From Octopus vulgaris (lineage: Eukaryota), in NCBI GenBank assembly GCA_951406725.2, contig OX597824.1, forward strand, positions 18,600,001-18,664,000: a stretch of 64,000 nt of DNA, given 5' to 3'. Both the position numbers and the translations under genes were made by a program. Below the pieces are notes generated by a model, which saw only the letters and a program-made list of their open reading frames with translations, did no database searches and was not told the DNA's origin. Below, piece by piece: positions 1 through 15,167 of the stretch (its first letter is position 1; the number at the start of each line of letters is the position of its first letter).

Positions 1-321
1 ATGTAGTGAAAATTAGTTATTTACTTACAATTACGGTTGATTTTATTCGAATAGATAAGCACCAGATGTTTATGGCTGGTTGCCGACAGATTTTTCTGCT
101 CTGAAAAGGATTTTACCCTATATATGCTGTTCTGTCAGAATTTAAGCGTTGAAAAATATATCCTTCTACTTGTTTGAAATAAAAAAATATTTTAATGTGA
201 AATTGTCCAGCAACGACGGGTTACTAGGTTAGTGCGTGTGTGTGTGTATGTATTTGTTTGTTTGTTTTTGTTTTTCCAGTTTCAGCTCTTGAGCTGTGGC
301 CATGCTGGGGCACCGCCATTG

Positions 322-473
322 TGGTGAAAGAGTACAGCAGGGATCACCACCCCCTGCCGGAGCCTCGTAGAGCTTTTAGGTGTTTTCGCTCAATAAACAC
401 ACACAACGCCCGGTCTGAGAATCGAAACCGCGATCCTGCGACCGCGAGTCCGCTGCCCTAACCACTAGGCCAT
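322..473 (-). mobile_element. tRNA-derived SINE family C, 5' part
   Basis: Reverse complement reads AATGGCCTAGTGGTTAGGGCAGCGGACTCGCGGTCGCAGGATCGCGGTTTCGATTCTCAG (pol III A and B boxes). The same sequence occurs at 4866-5168, 40070-40350 and 57121-57250. Confidence 0.8.
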
Positions 474-594
<121 letters not shown>

Positions 595-1427
595 ACATAT
601 TTTATGCATAAACCAAGGAACCAGTATTGACAATAAAATTAATTTAATTAATTAGAACGCCTTTAAGTGAGAGAGTGTAGTAAACACCTCCCTTCTATGC
701 TATTGATGTGCATAAAAGAAAACAGAAGGGAGTCTCTTGAAGAACCGGTTAACTGTTTGTTGAGAACTCCTCAGAGAATACGTGTTGAGCCTTCTTCCCC
801 AAATGAATAGCATAAAGTATTCAATTGCTGTCATAATTTAGGTTAACACCTAAGTGGCTAGCTTAACTTAGGTTAACACCTCTGTGGGTAACTTAATTCA
901 CGTATTTGGCTTTTTGGGCGTTGAGCGGCTCCTTTGGGAGTCTCGTCTCTGTTCCTTCCTGACAAACATTTTTTTCAGTATAAATCTATTTTATATGAAA
1001 CTGAATAATATGATTATCTTTAATTCATATATAATTAACTCTTCTTTCAACTTGTATTGATAGTGTTGTCTGCAATTATTTTAATAAACTCATTCTATGT
1101 TTTACTGTGGCAAATAACTTCAAATTTTACTGTGGCAAATAACTTCAAATTGATCAGTGCTTTGAACTCATCTAATTTTCACTCGATTGCAGAACTACTG
1201 TGCTGCATTGATAATTCTTATTGCATTAGAAACAAATTATCAAGGTTCTAAAATATATAGAACGTAACTGTCAGACGTTTATGCGTCTCTTTACGATATA
1301 AGAATATTTACTTCAATTTACTTCAATCGGAGAATAAAAGTGTTGCTTATATTCATCTTTAAATGTACATAATTTCCAATTATTTTGTTCTATGATATAC
1401 ATGAAGTTTATCAAAGAATATATATAA

Positions 1428-1657
1428 ATTTCTTTATTGCCCACAAGGGGCTAAACATAGAGGGGACAAACAAGGACAGAAGAAGGGATTAAGTCGATTA
1501 CATCGACCCCAGTGCGAAACTGGTACTTTATTTATTGACCCCGAAAGATGAAAGACAAAGTCGACCTCGGCGGAATTTGAACTCAGTACTTAACGACAGA
1601 CGAGATACCGCTAAGCATTTCGCCCGGCGCGCTAACGTGTCTGCCAGCTCGCCGCCT
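1428..1657 (-). mobile_element. tRNA-derived SINE family A (core resembles MetaSINE domain), monomer
   Basis: Head AGGCGGCGAGCTGGCAGA, B box GAGTTCAAATTCC, core GTCGACTTTG..TTTCATC..TTCGGGGTC. Flanking direct repeat TTTATCAAAGAATATA. More than 15 copies or fragments in the window. Confidence 0.85.
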
Positions 1658-2100
1658 GATATTCTTTATCAAAGAATATAACAAATCTCATACAACTGAT
1701 CACTCAATCTTGCCCAAAGTTCCACGCAGTAGGACTGAACCGGGAACCATGTGGTTTCTAAGCAAGCTACTTTTATTCATTTCATTTGCCATAGAGGCAG
1801 TACAACGATGAGTAGCTTTGCGGGCTGGACAAGACATTGGTGAGGCGAATGATAATAATACAAGATGATAAGGATGGGAGAAAACAGAAAGCGCCCACTG
1901 ACACTCTGCTTCTCTATAACATTGTTCTTTTAATAAAACACATCTTGAGGTAATAACCCTCTTACAATTTACAATGTTTTACAATTTCTTTGGAATAACA
2001 AGTCCATTAGAATTAAAAACACAATTAGACACATATTGGGGCGATGAACCTCTTACATCACGTCCCTGATTAATTGCTATACAAGCAGAACCAAAGTATT

Positions 2101-2523
2101 GGATCTTTTCGGTTTGAAGGACAGTTTTTAACATAATTTCCACGTAACTAAACACTTTTAAATTTCGTAATCAGGTAGAATGTGTTTATAAAACATCTTT
2201 TTCTCTTGGCTTTATTGAGAAAATTCTATAGTTTGTAAAATATTTCTTGTTTTTTTTTTCTTCAATTTCTGCAATTTCAACCAATCAATGACGTCTATTG
2301 AGGTAAAAAAAACATTCTGCGCCGTATGAATATGTCCCTCGTTTAAGAAACAGATTGGGTTTATTTACATTTGTGAAGGAAAAAAAGATACCCTTCCCCC
2401 CACCCCACCCCTTACCCTAAAACAGATTGAAATGCAATAGATCGATACTAGGGTCATAATTATAGGTGATAATTTCATATGACACCGCTAAAAAAAAAAC
2501 TGCCGTTCAAACCAGAAAGATCC
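2101..2523. mobile_element. MITE with ~30-bp TIRs and 8-bp TSD (Merlin-like termini)
   Basis: GGATCTTTTCGGTTTGAAGGACAGTTTTT ... AAAAACTGCCGTTCAAACCAGAAAGATCC. Perfect TSD AAAGTATT at 2093-2100 and 2524-2531. Confidence 0.85.
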
Positions 2524-2659
2524 AAAGTATTATAGCCCCGGGCCGACCAATGCCTTGTGATGGATTTGGTAGACGGAAACTGAAAGAAGCCTGTCGTATA
2601 TATGTATATATATATTTATGTGTGTATGTTTGTGTGTCTGTGTTTGTCCCCTTAGCATT

Positions 2660-2883
2660 ACTACCCACAAGGGGTTAAACACAGAGGGGACAAACAAGGA
2701 CAGACAAAGGGATTAAGTCGATTACATCGACCCCAGTGCGTAACTGGTACTTAATTTATCGACCCCGAAAGGATGAGAGGCAAAGTCGACCTCGGCGGAG
2801 TTTGAACTCAGAACGTAACGGCAGACGAAATATCGCTAAGCATTTCGCCCGGCGTGCTAACCTTTCTGCCAGCTCGCCGCCTT
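2660..2883 (-). mobile_element. SINE family A monomer fused to a family B fragment (2532-2660)
   Basis: Matches other family A copies; abuts family B body TGTGTTTGTCCCCTTAGCATT. Confidence 0.8.
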
Positions 2884-2970
2884 AATAATAATAATAATAA
2901 TAACAACAACAATAACAACAATAATAATAACAATAATAATAACAGTAATAATAATAATAATAATAAATAA

Positions 2971-3001
<31 letters not shown>

Positions 3002-3204
3002 AAGAAGAAGAAGAAGAAGAAGAAGAAACACGTTGAGATTGCAATGATTTATTTTATTCCCAAATTATATGACTTTTTTTTCCTGTTTTGTTTCTAATAG
3101 AGTTTCAAATAAAAAAAAGAAAAAGATTGGCGAGAGAAATAGATGAGAGAAAATATATAAAAATGTGTTTTTGAAATCTCTGGAAGACAGTTTCACAAAC
3201 TTTG

Positions 3205-3328
<124 letters not shown>

Positions 3329-4180
3329 AGTATCTACAGGTGTAAATATGCATACAAACATACATACACGCAAACACATAACAAACACCTACAAATATAT
3401 GAGTAAAAATATATACTAGGTGGTATAAATATATATATGAGAAAGCCATAATTAAATAAAAGAATAAAAATCTTCTAAACCATTTTGGCAAAATATTTCA
3501 TGGTATTTTCTCTTCCTGCGGATATTTCCATACGTCTTATCTGCAGTGTAATTTATTTTGTCTTTGTTTTTTGAGGTTTATTTTATTTTTTTTTTGTTGT
3601 TGTTTCATTCTTTCTTTCGTTCGTTTTTTCACTTTGATTACAGAAGTAGATTTACTGGTATATGAATAATTGAGTGTATAGATTTTTACATTTCTCAACT
3701 ATGATTTCAGCTAATGAATACCAAATCAATAAACGATTCCTGGTGCCAAGACCATTAGAATTATTAAAAGAAAAGAAACAAAAAACCTTCAAAACAAAAC
3801 AAAACAAAACAAACTCATTCTGTTATTGATCAGTTATATATATATATTTTTTTAAATATGTAAAACAAAAATATTTTAAACATAGAGTATGTTTCCCTAT
3901 AATTGGCAAAAATATCTTTCTGCGAATCTGTGCATTTCTGCTCATCATTCATAAGCCTATCTTGGTACTATGTTTACAGTTTTAAATTCTACACAGATCA
4001 ACTCAGTATTTATAGAAGATTTGTTGCCGCTGTTATAATTAGAGAACGTATATTGCAAACGGTGCAATAAATGCACAAAACACCGAAATTCTACGAACGT
4101 TAGGACGACAGTTCAAACGAACGTTAGGACGACAGTTCAAAAGCATAGGTAAGCTAAATATACAACGGCTAATAACATTC

Positions 4181-4455
4181 TTTACTCTTTTTACTTGTTT
4201 CAGTCATTTGACTGCGGCCATGCTGGAGCACCGCCTTTAGTCGAGCAAATCAACCCCGGGACTTATTCTTTGTAAGCCCAGTACTTATTCTATCGGTCTC
4301 TTTTGCCGAACCGCTAAGTGACGGGGACGTAAACACACCAGCATCGGTTGTCAAGCAAAGAATAAGTCCCGGGGTCGATTTGCTCGACTAAAGGCGGTGC
4401 TCCAGCATGGCCGCAGTCAAATGACTGAAACAAGTAAAAAAGAAAAAGAAAAAGA
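4181..4455. mobile_element. Two family B SINE 3' ends in inverted (fold-back) arrangement
   Basis: 4189-4272 is a near-perfect reverse complement of 4356-4440. Confidence 0.85.
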
Positions 4456-4745
4456 AAGTAATATATTTCGTAACAAGGTTTCGAATTTTACCTAGTTATA
4501 AAAACCATCCTACAGAAGCAGGGATGCCAAATTGCCCGGCAAAGGCTTTTATAGAAGATTGATTAAAGTCGCCTCATACGCAGAGAAAATATACAACCTA
4601 ATACCTCTTTGGTTGTATGAAGATCACTCTGTGAGAAAGAGCATTGTCCTGCCAACAGCAGTCTATGAGGAGAATCTCGGAAATCGGTTGCCTAGATCAC
4701 TCGGAGGTTGAATATACATATATATATAAATAGATAGATAGATAC

Positions 4746-4812
<67 letters not shown>

Positions 4813-4819
4813 TACATAC

Positions 4820-4855
<36 letters not shown>

Positions 4856-4865
4856 TGAGGGAGAT

Positions 4866-5168
4866 ATCACCGTCACCGACCAGGCTATCAGATGTTGCTA
4901 CACATCGGTCACAATGCACTTCGCATTGTTTTAGCCCTCAAATGACGCCACCCCGCTGGCTAAGTGAGCTGGCCAACAGAAGAAAGAGTGAGAGAAAGTT
5001 GTGGCGAAAGAGTACAGCAGGGTTCGCCACCACCCACTGCCGGAGCCTCGTGAAGCTTTTAGGTGTTTTCGCACAATAAACACTCACAACGCCTGGTCTA
5101 GGTATCGAAACCGCGACCCTACAACCGCTAGTCCACTGCCCTAACCACTGGGCCATTACGCCCCCACT
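4866..5168 (-). mobile_element. tRNA-derived SINE family C, near full length
   Basis: Reverse complement of 40070-40350; A and B boxes present. Confidence 0.8.
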
Positions 5169-5235
5169 AGAGAGATGTATATAGATATATATACATATAC
5201 ATACATATATACATGCATATATATATATATGTATG

Positions 5236-5284
<49 letters not shown>

Positions 5285-5726
5285 GGTTTAGTTGTTTTGT
5301 CTACGCTCCCGTAACCTAGCGGTCCGGCCCTAGAGACCAATAGAATGAGTACTAGGCTTACAAAGAATAAGTCCTGAGGTCGATTTGCTCGACTAAAGGC
5401 GGTGCTCCAGCATGACCGCAGTCAAATGACTGAAACGAGTAAAAGCGAGTAAATGAGAGTATGCGGCCAAGCTGACGCAAAAAATTACCAATTAGAAACG
5501 GAAGCTCAGATTCAACACAACTGAAGTTGGTTTGAGATTACATTGATGAAAAGAAAACCAATAACAAAACATAGCAGATGGAATTTGTAGAATTAAATCT
5601 AAAAAGATAAATGCGTAATTAATTTACTGTAAGAAACCATAGGAGTTGAGAGTTTGGCAGACATAAATCTGTCCTTGAATGTGGGGTGTTTAACCACATT
5701 CCCATATAAAATGCTTTTAAATATAC

Positions 5727-5767
<41 letters not shown>

Positions 5768-6067
5768 CATGAGACAGCGATAATCCGTGGTTTGTATTTG
5801 TTTTTATTTCAATTGTGTTCAATCTACGAACGCAATCTTCCTATTCCACATAAGAGATTATGAAATCTAAGATTAAGAATTATAGAAAATACTGGGTGCC
5901 ATTTTTAATGGAGCTTCCAAAAAATTCTTTGTGATATTTGGTGCTGTTCACTTTCATTTCGAAGATCATATCAATGACAAAGAAGACTTTGCTGTACCTT
6001 ATTTCCATATATATTTACTTTCAGAAAGTACTCCAATATGACCACCACTCATAATAATAATAATAAC

Positions 6068-6235
<168 letters not shown>

Positions 6236-6259
6236 TAATAATAATAATAATAATAATAT

Positions 6260-6813
6260 GCCCTGATGCAGTACCAGACAGTGGCTCTCCTGGCTTCTGA
6301 TCTTAACTGATTGGAAGTGATATCATGTACATTGTTTTGTCTTGGTATAAAAGATGGGCTACAGCAAATATTCTGCTCAATACCACAGATTTGCTTGTCA
6401 GTTGTTTGACCTTAACCAGTTGACCATGTCCCTTAGTGGCTGACGATATGTGCATCTCTGATCACGAGCAGAAGTAGTGGGGGAGCATCATAGCCATGTG
6501 TTGAGAGGGATTCTTTGGGGTTTGAATTATTCACCTCTGGAAACATGGGTGTTTCGTTCAACGTCCTTGGACAGCCCTTATTCAGGAACCTTTTCAGCGG
6601 GATGAGTTACTCGATCTGAAGAAAATTCTAACTGGGCCCCACCTGCAAGGTCATGTGCTGTTTATCTTGATATGAGATCACCATGTCGCGCACATATGGT
6701 TGTGATGCATGTGCCTGGTGTGCCCTTATCGGACGGGTAGTCATGATGGGTATACTGGGCTTCGTATATTTTACCCCAGTGTCACTTTGATGGCATGAAC
6801 TGCTCGCTCACTC

Positions 6814-6815
<2 letters not shown>
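6260..6815 (+). mobile_element. (TAA)n-restricted non-coding retroposon family D, full unit
   Basis: Starts CCCTGATGCAGTACCAG, ends CTCACTC(AAT)n. Other copies at 6848-7050, 12264-12811, 34608-35055 (-) and 55207-55343. Confidence 0.8.
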
Positions 6816-6845
<30 letters not shown>

Positions 6846-6847
6846 TG

Positions 6848-7050
6848 CCCTGATGTAGTACCAGGCAGTGGCTGCCTTGATGCAGTACCAGGCATAGGCT
6901 CCAGTGGCTGCTGATCTTAACTGATTGGAAGTGTTATCATATACGTTGCTTTGCTTTGGTATAAAAGATGGGCTACAGCAAATATTCTGCTCAATACCAC
7001 AGATTTGCTTGTCAGTTGTTTGACCTTAGCCAGTTGAGCATGTCCTTTAG
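6848..7050 (+). mobile_element. Family D element, 5' portion with duplicated start
   Basis: Start motif CC(C/T)TGATG(C/T)AGTACCAGGCA occurs twice, followed by family D body. Confidence 0.75.
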
Positions 7051-7601
7051 TCTGAGATAGGGATCTCAGACCAGAAACATTATAGAAAGTAGAACCTTGT
7101 TTTTGCTATGTACAAGGCGTCATGGAATAATCTATGTTGTTTTAAATTTTTCTTCCACAGGTATCCATAAGCAGATAGATGTATTACTCTGATTCGATTG
7201 ATTGTAACGTTGCTTGGTGGGGCCACTGGCATGAAGTTAAAATACAATACAATTGTATGAAACAGCAATCAAACCTTCCTCAAAGAACAAGCAAAATGAA
7301 CACTATGTCCACGGGTAGAAAGATGTTTCAATATAGATGTACTGAAGGCGGTCAGCTGGAAGAATCGTTAACACGTCTGACAAAGAGCTTAGGGGAATTT
7401 ATTCCGTCGATACGTGCTGAGTTCAAATTCTGCTGAAGTCGACTTCGCTTTTCAACCTTTCGGAGCCGATACATAGGTACCAGTTGTTCACTAGAGTCAA
7501 AGTAACCTCATGCACCGACATTTCAGAATTTGTCCCAATAGCAAAATGTATTACGGATATATTGAAGGCGGCGAGACTTTAGTGTATCAATAATATAAAT
7601 A

Positions 7602-8018
7602 GGGCGGCGATCTGGTAGATTCGTTAGCACGCCGGGCAAAGTGCTTAGCGGTATTTCGTCTGCCGCTACGTTCTGAGTTCAAATTCCGCCGAGGTCGACT
7701 TTGCCTTTCATCATTTCGGGGTCGATAAATTAAGTACCAGTTACGCACTGGGGCCGATATAATCGACTTAATCCGTTTGTCTGTCCTTGTTTGTCCTCTC
7801 TGTGTTTAGCCCCTTGTGGGTAGTAAAGAAATAGGTATTTTGTCTGCTGTTACGTTCTGAGTTCGAATTCGGCCGAGGTCGACTCTACCTTTCATCCTTT
7901 CGGGGTCGATTCAATAAGTACCAGTTACGCGCTGGGGGTCGTTATAATCGACTTAATACCTTATTTTGTCTTTGTTTGTCCACTCTATGTTTAACCTCCT
8001 GTGGGCAATAAAGAAATA
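7602..8018 (+). mobile_element. SINE family A dimer
   Basis: Full unit plus head-truncated unit joined at AAAGAAATA|GGTATTT (7833/7834); TSD-like AATAATATAAA. Confidence 0.85.
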
Positions 8019-8373
8019 AATAATATAAAGTACGATTATGGTCGATAAAATAAAGTTTCAGTTAAGTACTGTAGTTGATGTACTATCGATTTGCCCCACC
8101 CCTCAAAATTGCTGGCCTTGTGCCAACGAAGAGAATTATAATAAAATCATTGATTCATCACTGATTTTGTAGCTAAACTACGATTGAACTCTTATTAGTT
8201 CGTCTATCTGACAACCCCAAATACCGCAGTGCAATATTTTTCTGAAAATTGTTCTTTACTAAGACATGAGGGGACAGGTTATATACATACTTACATAGTT
8301 ACATACATACATATATACATACGTATTGTGTATATACACACACATATATATATATATATATATACGTACATAT

Positions 8374-8404
<31 letters not shown>

Positions 8405-8417
8405 CACACACACACTC

Positions 8418-8449
<32 letters not shown>

Positions 8450-8675
8450 TCATATATATATATATAGATATATCTACACAATACGTATGTATGTATATAT
8501 ATATATATATATACAATACGTATCTATGTATTATATATGTATATATATAATACATACATACGTATTGTATATATATATATATATATATATATACATACGT
8601 ATTTGTGTAGATATATCTATATATATATATATGAGTGTGTGTATATATATATATATATATATATGAGTGTGTGTG

Positions 8676-8728
<53 letters not shown>

Positions 8729-9352
8729 ATGTATGTATGCATATTTTGCTTTGCTTGGGCGGATCGGTGTTTTTATATTGTTTTTGAAAGAGACAGATGA
8801 ACATATGTGACGTCCATGATTTCCCCCATTAGAAGCATCAGTGAATTGAAATAGATGTAAATAGGAATGGAATTTGGTTTTGTGAATTCAAAACTTTGCC
8901 ACAAGGAGATATTTCTAGCTACTTATTTTTCTCGACGACTTCAGTTCCAGAAATGAAATGAGGATTGAATTAACTGAAAAAAAAAATATATATTTATATA
9001 TATATATAACAAAATAAAATCTAACAATAACTACTACAACTGCAACTAAGACAACAACAAAAACAATAAATAAATAAATAAAAGCCGGGTTGTAGGATAA
9101 AATAAAAAAGTAATTTGCTATCTTTATATAATAAAAGAAACCTTTTAGATTTTCAAATTGTTACTTTTATAATCCTAAATTTTCAGATACATCATACAGA
9201 TACGGAATTGTCTATTTTGTGATGGCTTTCTGATTTATTTTAGCTCGTTTATCCGGAAGGCTTTCACCAACCATTTACGGACGTTTTCCAAGCAGCCAAA
9301 CATATGTATACATGCGTGTATATACGTATATAAATATAAGTATGCATACGTC

Positions 9353-9390
<38 letters not shown>

Positions 9391-10376
9391 TACTCACAAA
9401 CATGGATACATGCATATACATATATATTTACGTATATATGAATATTTTATATATATGTGTGTATCTATGTATATATATATATACATATATATATTATGTG
9501 TATGTATGTACATAATTTGTTGTTGTTCTTCTTCTTGTTATTGTTTTTTTTCCGTTCTCTTTCCCCATTAATGTTCCGTCGTATTCCCCTTACGGTAATC
9601 TTTAGTGTATAAGACTGAAGTTTCAATTAAACGGCTTGTTTTTCAAATTTCCAAATATCCTAGCTTTTTCACACCACCCATCTCCACTTTCTCTACTTCT
9701 CCCCACCCCCCCCTCACATCACACCCTTTCTCCAAAACCATTCTTCTTCTTCTTTCGTCCATTTTCATTTTGGGTTTTGTCCCTTATTTTTGTTATGTCT
9801 TTTAGACATTGTTCTTTTTCTTTTTTTTCTAATATCTCTTCTTCTTTCACTTTCACTACCTCTCCACCGCTTCGTCTTATTCCTTTTTAGGGGGCTCGAA
9901 TGTGTATTTAAAGAAATTACACGTAAATCCCTTCCAACCACGTGACCTAATTGCTGCCTTGTTTATTTGACTTCTTGTAGAACACTTGTCCCCGTGCTTC
10001 CTGTTTTGTCGCTCTTGTCCTTAAGATATGTTCGTCATAGCGTAAAGATTGCGTAATCGAGTAATCTTCTTCCCAATCTGTTTGCAACGCACGTAGGAAA
10101 TAAATGTAGGTTTAGTTGCTCTTTTAACTGCACTTGTATATAAGTGTGCGACAGAGAGACAGACAAATAGGGAAGATGTGCCAATAGCTTCTGGCTCACC
10201 ATTCAACTAAGTTCTCTTTTCAATTCATTGACAGATACTACAATGCTATCTGTTCCTTTTTCAATATTATTAATATATTCCCAACTTTCTTAAACCAGGG
10301 AACCACTACGTTATAATGCGACCTGCTAGAAGCAGCAGTAAAGTTGCTTTCAAATAGCATCCTATCGACAAATATA

Positions 10377-11141
10377 TATTTCTTTACTACCCACAAGGGG
10401 CTAAACACGGAGGGGACAAACAAAGACAGACAAACGGGTTAAGTCGATTATATCGACCCCAGTGCGTAACTGGTACTTAAATTATCGACCCCGAAAGGAT
10501 GAAAGACAAAGTCGATCTCGGCGGAATTTGAACTCACAACGTAACGGCAGACGAAATACCTATTTCTTTACTATCTACAAGGGGCTAAACACAGAGAGGA
10601 CAAACAAAGACAGACAAACGGGTTAAGTCGATTATATCGACCCCCAGTGCGTAACTGGTACTTAATTTATCGACCCCGAAAGGATGAAAGGTAAAGTCGA
10701 TCTCGGCGGAATTTGAACTCAGAACGTAACGGCAGACGAAATATCTATTTCTTTACTATCTACAAGGGGCTAAACACAGAGAGGACAAACAAAGACAGAC
10801 AAACGAGTTAAGTCGATTATATCGACCCCAGTGCGTAACTGGTACTTAATTTATCGACCCCGAAAGGATGAAAGACAAAGTCGATCTCGGCGGAATTTGA
10901 ACTCAGAACGTAACGGCAGACGAAATATCTATTTCTTTACTATCTACAAGGGGCTAAACACAGAGAGGACAAACAAAGACAGACAAACGAGTTAAGTCGA
11001 TTATATCGACCCCAGTGCGTAACTGGTACTTAATTTATCGACCCCGAAAGGATGAAAGACAAAGTCGATCTCGGCGGAATTTGAACTCAGAACGTAACGG
11101 CAGACGAAATACGGCTATGCATTTCGTCCGGCTCGACGCCT
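10377..11141 (-). mobile_element. SINE family A tetramer (184-185 bp period)
   Basis: Junctions at 10560/61, 10745/46 and 10929/30; flanked by a ~125-bp direct repeat. Confidence 0.9.
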
Positions 11142-11699
11142 TGTTCCTTTCAATATTATTAATATATTCCCAACTTTCTTAAACCAGGGAACCACTACGT
11201 TATAATGCGACCTGCTAGAAGCAGCAGTAAAGTTTCTTTCAGATAGCATCCTACCGACAAATATAATTAGAGAAATACTTTAGGTGACGTCATTCTTTGT
11301 ATGCGTAAAGCGGCGCGATGTTCACTTTTGGAATGGTTATTATTATAGTTTTGTTCAGCCATGGTTGATCTGAGCTAATTAAATAAATTTGATTATCTTT
11401 TGTACAAGAGAACAATCCTTTCTACCACAGACACAAAAGCCTGAGATTTTGGAGGAGTGGGACCCAGTCAACTACATCGTCTTCAGGGTTCGGCTTGTTA
11501 TTATTTTATCGACCGCGAAAATATGAAAGACAAGGTCGACCTCAACATAATTTGAACTCAGAACGTTGAGTTGAAAGAAATGCTGCGAAGCGTTTTTTTT
11601 TTCCAGCGTGCTGACGACACTGCCAAAATGCAACCTTGTGAATTAGAGAATAATAAGAACAGAATTCGTCGTCGTTATCAGCCTCACAATAATAATAAT

Positions 11700-12811
<1,112 letters not shown>

Positions 12812-12878
12812 TAATGATGATGATGATGATGATGATAATAATGATGATGATAATTATAATAATAATTATAATTATAAT

Positions 12879-12964
<86 letters not shown>

Positions 12965-12966
<2 letters not shown>

Positions 12967-13990
12967 GAACAACCCGAGGGAAGTACGGCAATTATTGTTG
13001 CAAAGAAGGTGAAAATAATGGCAACGAAAAAGCGCACGAGCAATTGGCTGATAGGTGGGAGGAGAAACCTCTGCACGGCAAATATGTGACCCGCAGCAAA
13101 CAAGCTGATGTTGACCAGAAGCAAACCCATCAGTGGCTACGGAGCTCAGGGCTAAAAGCAGAGAGCGAAGGTTTCATCCTGGCTGCTCAAGATCAAAGCC
13201 TATTAACCCGCAACTACCAGGCCAATGTGATGAAAAATGGAGCAGACCCAAAATGCCGATTCTGCAACGACATGATTGAAACAGTGGACCACCTAATCTC
13301 TGGATGTAAAGTCTTAGCTCCAGTGGAGTATAAATTAAGACATGACAGAGTTGGCCAATATCTACACTGGCAAATAAGTCGGCATTACAATATCAAAACT
13401 GCCGACAAGTGGTATAATCACCACCCTGAGGCTGTAACTGAAGGAGAAAATGTAACCATTCTGTGGGACTTTCCAGTACATACAGACCGAACCATCAAGG
13501 CCAATAAACCAGATATTGTTGTGAAAGACCAAAACAATAAAGTTTGCTTATTGATCGACATGAGCATCCCCTGTGATCATAATATCTCAGCGAAAGAGTT
13601 TGACAAGCTCAGAAAATATAAAGACCTACTCATTGAAATTGAGAAAATGTGGCATCTCAAGGCGGTTACAATACCAGTGATCGTAGGAGCACTAGGAATG
13701 ATCAAGAAGGGAACCGAAAATTATATGAGAATGATCCCTGGCTTACCATCTCTGCAAGAAGTGCAAAAGATTGTCTTAACTGGTACATCACACGTATTGA
13801 GAAGAGCATTGTCGATGTGAGAACTGTTGCTGCTCATGTATTTTAATTTAACTTAAAAAAATAAAAAAAATGAACGAACTAGTGAGTTTGGTTTAATGGC
13901 CTGCCAATGTATACTATGAGTTTCTTTGCCCTAGGAGTCGGGAAGACACTCGGCAAGAAATGGAAGCAAATTTGAAAGAAGAAAAAAAAA

Positions 13991-13991
<1 letters not shown>
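12965..13991 (+). mobile_element. 5'-truncated R4/Dong-like non-LTR retrotransposon (CCHC knuckle + REL endonuclease + 3' UTR)
   Basis: ORF to 13820 has CRFC-x8-H-x4-C, RHD, KPDIVV...LIDMSIP...K..KY and IPVIVGALG. One frameshift near 13025. (TAA)n on both sides, the known Dong target. Confidence 0.92.
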
Positions 13992-14038
<47 letters not shown>

Positions 14039-14140
14039 GTAATAATAATGCCGAAAACCAATACAAGTTATGACGATGCGCGATCAGGTAGCGAAAGTGC
14101 TGCAATGGAAAGTATGCGGAAAGTGGGGACTAAAGATAGA

Positions 14141-14923
14141 GAGTCTTTACAATCTCACCAGATAGAGAGAAGAATCTTTTTCTCATGAAGATCCCTTCTC
14201 AGTTGTGGTTAAGATTTTTTCCCTTTGACCAAGCCACTGTTTACGACATTTAACATTTCGATAGAAGATCCATTTTTTTGTCACCAGTCACAAGTCTATC
14301 CAAAAAGGGAGAAATGAGTTCACGAGAATGGAGAGAAGAGCAGATGTCAACTTGGGATTTGCGGTTGTTTTCGGACAATTCATGAGGCACGCATTTTCCA
14401 AGTTTAGGAATCTTTCCAAGTTGTTGAAGATTACGATGAACAGTTGTATGGTTTGAACTAAGCTTTATTGCCAAATTCTTCAACTAATAATGCAGGATTT
14501 TCTTCAAGTAATACCTCAAGGAGCTTATCATCAAACTCAACTGGACGTCCTGTTCGAACTTCATCTTCAAGACTGAAATCTCCACTTCTGAATTTTGCAA
14601 ACCATCTTCTACAAGTTCTTTCATTCAAGCATTCTTTCCCATAAACTGAGAGCATGTTTCGAGTTGCTTCGGCTGCAGAGTTTCCTTTTTGTACTTATAA
14701 AGCATTATGTGCCTCAAATGCTCTTTGGTTACTTCCATGTTAGAAAGTGTTTTAATCAAAGAAATTTTAATTCTGTTATTCACTAAAATAATATTTAATT
14801 AGTTTAAATGTACACAAATGCATAAAAATAATTTTTAATTCCATTAGACATTCTAAAATACTATTAAATTTCATTCAATTTTAAAAAAAGGTAATATCGG
14901 ATAGAACTTATGGGATGACCTGA
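14141..14923 (-). pseudogene. mariner (Mos1/Hsmar1-like) transposase remnant with left TIR
   Basis: From ATG at 14738: MEVTKEHLRHIMLY...RRWFAKFRSGDFSLEDEVRTGRP...CVPHELS...LVTGDKKW...LHEKKILLSIW*D, with frameshifts. Terminus TA|TCAGGTCATCCCATAAGTTC at 14923. Confidence 0.92.
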
Positions 14924-15112
14924 TATAATTGTTGAGTTACATAATTAGATAAAATAATTATTCAGCTATATATGCATTTCATTTAAGGGAAGGGAAGGGT
15001 GATAAGCCAACAGTACCGTTAAACCTTCGGATAAAATGCTTAGCGGCATTTCTTCCGGCTTTTTTTTAGTCCTGAGTTCAAATCTTGCCTAGAAATATAA
15101 ATATATATATAG

Positions 15113-15167
<55 letters not shown>

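Noticed and set aside
735-780. Minus-strand CTGAGGA followed by AACCGGTT
   Set aside because: No GAAA core or convincing stems, so it was not counted as a hammerhead.
4093-4140. Short ~24-bp tandem duplications (also ~1100-1150)
   Set aside because: Two-copy local slippage events with no wider pattern.
6260-6330. Possible ribozyme at the family D 5' end (CTGATGC)
   Set aside because: It does not match CUGANGA, and I could not fold an HDV-like pseudoknot by eye.
10377-11141. Regular repeat array resembling CRISPR or satellite
   Set aside because: The units are whole SINE bodies with no unique spacers; eukaryotic context and no cas genes.
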